Shown in pieces: positions 61,610-64,000 of a stretch of DNA of 64,000 nucleotides. Position 1 is the stretch's first letter. Every line of letters begins with the position of its first letter. The stretch comes from an uncultured Enterobacterales bacterium (GTDB lineage Bacteria > Myxococcota_A > UBA796 > JAFGLY01), in NCBI GenBank assembly GCA_964481655.1, contig CAYZVO010000012.1, positions 4,654-68,653 of the forward strand, written 5' to 3'. The translations under genes and the position numbers were made by a program. The notes under the pieces were generated by a model that made no database searches, had not been told where the DNA came from, and saw only the letters and a list, made by a program, of their open reading frames with translations.

Positions 61610-62670
61610 GCGCCGAACGCCGCACGACCCTGCGCGGCCTGGGCGTCATGGCGTGGGCGCTGGCGACCAGCCTGCTGTGCACCCTGCTGGTGGAGCAGCG
61701 CGGGCTGCGCTGGGTCCAGGGCGTGGTCTGGCCCACGGAGCTGTACAGCTACCAGCAGGTCGAAGACGGCCCCGTGGACGTCGCCATCATCGGCTCGAGC
61801 CGCGCGGCCTTCGGCCTGTCGCCCTCCAGCATCGACCGCTGCCTGAGCCAGGAACTGGGGCGCCCCACCCACACCGTCAACATCTCCCGAGCCTTCGGCA
61901 CCGCCTACACCCTCGACCTGCTGGCCGAGGATCTGCTCTCGGGAGCCCGCCGGCCCGAGGTCCTGGTCCTGGTCGCCGAGCCCGAGCTCTTCGACGAGCA
62001 CAACCCGCGCCTGCCGGTCAACGTCTCCACCACCGCGGGCCTGCGGGACATGCCCGACGCCCTGGCGGCCGCCTACGACCTGTCGGGTGTCTTCGCGGCC
62101 CTGCGCCCCATCGCCCGGGGCCCGGAGACCATAGCCCTGTACCTGAGCGGCCGCTGGGACACCAAGCCCTGGCTGCGCTGGCTGATGCTGCACCACGGCG
62201 GCGGGCTGTACTGCAGCGGTGGTGAGCACTGCCGGGCCCACAACCACGCCATGGAGGCCACCCTCGAGGACTGGTGGGACGTGGTGATCACCGGCCTGCT
62301 CCCGCAGCTGGATGAGGAGCGCTACCCCGCCTACGAGCCCGGGACCGGCCGGGTGCACGCCCACGCCGAGCGCCTGCTCGAGCGCGCGGAGGCTGATGGG
62401 ACCACCGTGGTGCTGGCCGAGCTGCCCCGCCACCCGGCCTTCCTGCAGGCCATCCCCGACGAGGTCGAGCCCGCCTACCGCGCCTACCTCGAGCAGCTGG
62501 GGTCCGCGCACCCCTGGGTCCACCACCCCGCCATCGACGCCAAGTGGACCCGCCAGCGCACCTACTACCTGGACGCCGAGCACCTCACCGCCGCGGGGGC
62601 GCACAAGGCCTCCAAGGAGCTGTGCACCGCCACCCTCGTCCCGCTGCTGGCCGCGGAAGGGGGCGAGTAG
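61606..62670 (+). CDS. Membrane-anchored DltD/AlgX/SGNH-like accessory protein of an MBOAT O-acylation system
   Basis: 354-aa ORF with a GTG start overlapping the upstream TGA. It has an N-terminal TM segment, VAIIGSSRAAFG (a GDS-like block with Ser) and a C-terminal YLDAEHLTAAG (SGNH block V-like DxxH). It lies immediately upstream of the MBOAT gene. Confidence 0.55.
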   Translation: MSAERRTTLRGLGVMAWALATSLLCTLLVEQRGLRWVQGVVWPTELYSYQQVEDGPVDVAIIGSSRAAFGLSPSSIDRCLSQELGRPTHTVNISRAFGTAYTLDLLAEDLLSGARRPEVLVLVAEPELFDEHNPRLPVNVSTTAGLRDMPDALAAAYDLSGVFAALRPIARGPETIALYLSGRWDTKPWLRWLMLHHGGGLYCSGGEHCRAHNHAMEATLEDWWDVVITGLLPQLDEERYPAYEPGTGRVHAHAERLLERAEADGTTVVLAELPRHPAFLQAIPDEVEPAYRAYLEQLGSAHPWVHHPAIDAKWTRQRTYYLDAEHLTAAGAHKASKELCTATLVPLLAAEGGE

Positions 62671-64000
62671 GTGCTGTTCAACACCTTCGAGTTCGTGTTG
62701 TTCCTGGCCGTGGGCTGGACCGTCTACCGGCTGCTGCAGCGCTGGCGCTGGCCCCGGCTGCTGTGGCTGCTGGTCATCAGCTACTTCTTCTACGGCTGCT
62801 GGAAGCCCTGGTACCTGCTGCTGATCGCGGCCTCGACCCTGAACTCCTACCTGTTCGGCTTCCTCATCGACCGTGCCGAGGGTGAGCGCCGCAAGCTGTG
62901 GATGGCCCTGAGCGTCACCGCGGACCTGCTGCTGCTGGGGGTGTTCAAGTACGGCAACTTCCTGCTGGGCAACATCGAGGCCGCGCTGATGCTCGGCATC
63001 GAGATGGGTCCCCTGCCCCGCCTGCCCACCGCCCTGCCCGTGGGCATCAGCTTCTACACCTTCCAGACCATCAGCTACACCGTGGATCTGTACCGGAAGC
63101 GGATCCCCAGGGCCAAGAGCCTGCTCGAGTTCTCGGTCTTCGTGGCCTTCTTCCCCCAGCTGGTCGCCGGCCCCATCGTGCGGGCCAAGAACTTCCTGCC
63201 CCAGCTGCTGGCGCCTCCGAAGCACGACCCCAAGGCCATCGGCGCCGGGCTGTTCCTGATCCTGGCGGGCCTGGCAAAGAAGATGATCCTGGCCGACACC
63301 CTGTACGCCACCGTGGTCAAGCCCTACTTCGAGCACGTGGCCGGCTACAACGCCCTCGAGACCATCGGGGTGCTGTGGGCGGCCAACTTCCAGGTCTACT
63401 GCGACTTCTCCGGCTACTCCGACGTCGCCATCGGTGCGGCGCTGCTGTTCGGTCTGAAGCTCCCCAAGAACTTCGACCGCCCCTTCTGGTCCCAGACCCC
63501 GATGGAGCACTGGCGGCGCTGGCACATCAGCCTGTCCACCTGGCTGCGGGACTACCTCTACATCCCCCTGGGAGGCTCGCGATCCACCACGGAATCCCGG
63601 GTCTCCATCAACCTGGTCATCACCTTCCTGCTGGGCGGCCTGTGGCACGGCGCGGGCTGGACCTTCGTGGTCTGGGGCCTGTGGAACGGTGTCCTGCTGG
63701 TGGCCTGGCGCAAGTGGGGCCCGGGTCCTGCGAAGACCACCTGGGGCAAGGCCTGGCGCATCTTCGCCACCTACAACGCCCTGTGCGTGGGCCTGATCTT
63801 CCTGCACGCCGACAGCTTCCGCGAGGCCTGGACCGTGATCCTGTCCCTGGGGGCCATCGCGACCCCGTTCAAGGGTGCGTTCGGCTGGTTCGGGCTGCTG
63901 ATGCTGGGCCTGGCCATCGCCCTGCACGCCACGCCACAGCGCTGGAAGGCGACGTTGAGGGAAGCCTTCTCCATCGCCCCGGCCTGGAGCCTGGGGCTGG
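62671..64000 (+). CDS. MBOAT family O-acyltransferase (AlgI/DltB-like); 3' end runs off the window
   Basis: Hand-translated from GTG 62671; it is not in the track because no stop lies inside the window. Motifs are VLFNTFEFVLFL, GISFYTFQTISYTVD, FFPQLVAGPIVRA, WRRWHISLSTWLRDYLYIPLGG and GGLWHGAGW. Confidence 0.9.
   Translation, partial: MLFNTFEFVLFLAVGWTVYRLLQRWRWPRLLWLLVISYFFYGCWKPWYLLLIAASTLNSYLFGFLIDRAEGERRKLWMALSVTADLLLLGVFKYGNFLLGNIEAALMLGIEMGPLPRLPTALPVGISFYTFQTISYTVDLYRKRIPRAKSLLEFSVFVAFFPQLVAGPIVRAKNFLPQLLAPPKHDPKAIGAGLFLILAGLAKKMILADTLYATVVKPYFEHVAGYNALETIGVLWAANFQVYCDFSGYSDVAIGAALLFGLKLPKNFDRPFWSQTPMEHWRRWHISLSTWLRDYLYIPLGGSRSTTESRVSINLVITFLLGGLWHGAGWTFVVWGLWNGVLLVAWRKWGPGPAKTTWGKAWRIFATYNALCVGLIFLHADSFREAWTVILSLGAIATPFKGAFGWFGLLMLGLAIALHATPQRWKATLREAFSIAPAWSLGL

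Noticed and set aside
61228-63927. Minus-strand ORF of 899 aa
   Set aside because: It is antisense to the small TM, DltD-like and MBOAT genes. The plus frames carry the hallmark MBOAT motifs.
1-64000. Search by eye for tRNA/rRNA genes, CRISPR repeats, IS elements, integrases, toxin-antitoxin pairs or known defence genes
   Set aside because: No cloverleaf-like or rRNA-like sequence was seen in any intergenic gap. There are no regularly spaced direct repeats. No ORF has transposase, integrase, nuclease or ATPase defence hallmarks. A computational scan (tRNAscan-SE, Infernal/Rfam, CRISPR finders, defence-system HMMs) is still needed to be sure.

Overview
Very GC-rich bacterial chromosomal DNA (about 70% GC by eye, not computed). 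It is densely coding, with about 58 protein genes, many joined by 1-4 nt ATGA/GTGA/TGATG stop-start overlaps. I saw no rRNA, tRNA, CRISPR array, integrase, transposase or prophage. The high GC content produces many long mirror ORFs in the six-frame track, and I rejected these. Lineage is an inference only. A MYXO-CTERM-like sorting tail, an MXAN_5187-like protein, HAF repeats, Flp pilins, many TPR/FHA/GGDEF proteins and very acidic lipoproteins suggest a myxobacterium, possibly a marine one. Recognisable content includes: (1) Envelope genes: a gluzincin protease, many lipoproteins, GT2/GT-C/alkaline-phosphatase-type genes, and an MBOAT plus DltD-like O-acylation module. (2) Five c-di-GMP turnover genes within about 18 kb: HDOD-GGDEF, membrane GGDEF, two tandem HD-GYP and FHA-GGDEF. 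(3) A regulator / polyprenyl synthase / squalene-synthase-like operon. (4) Housekeeping genes: glyA, rnhB, zupT, Nif3-like, crotonase, 2-hydroxyacid dehydrogenase and PfkB kinase. The candidates most worth follow-up are: (a) A C20/G10 homopolymer pair sits where the 5' end of a PAS-GAF-HD-GYP gene should be, and a 1-nt slip would rejoin the gene to an upstream ATG. This is either a phase switch or a sequencing artefact. (b) A leaderless 743-aa Gly/Thr/Lys/Asp-rich protein of unrecognisable family is paired with a TPR protein. (c) A roughly 1,285-aa Ala/Pro/Arg-rich, mostly low-complexity protein is embedded between glycan/lipid-modification genes. (d) A stand-alone FHA gene is a truncated paralogue of the adjacent FHA-GGDEF cyclase. 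(e) Two HD-GYP paralogues carry Cys/His-rich PAS sensors. No database search was possible, so all novelty statements are hypotheses.
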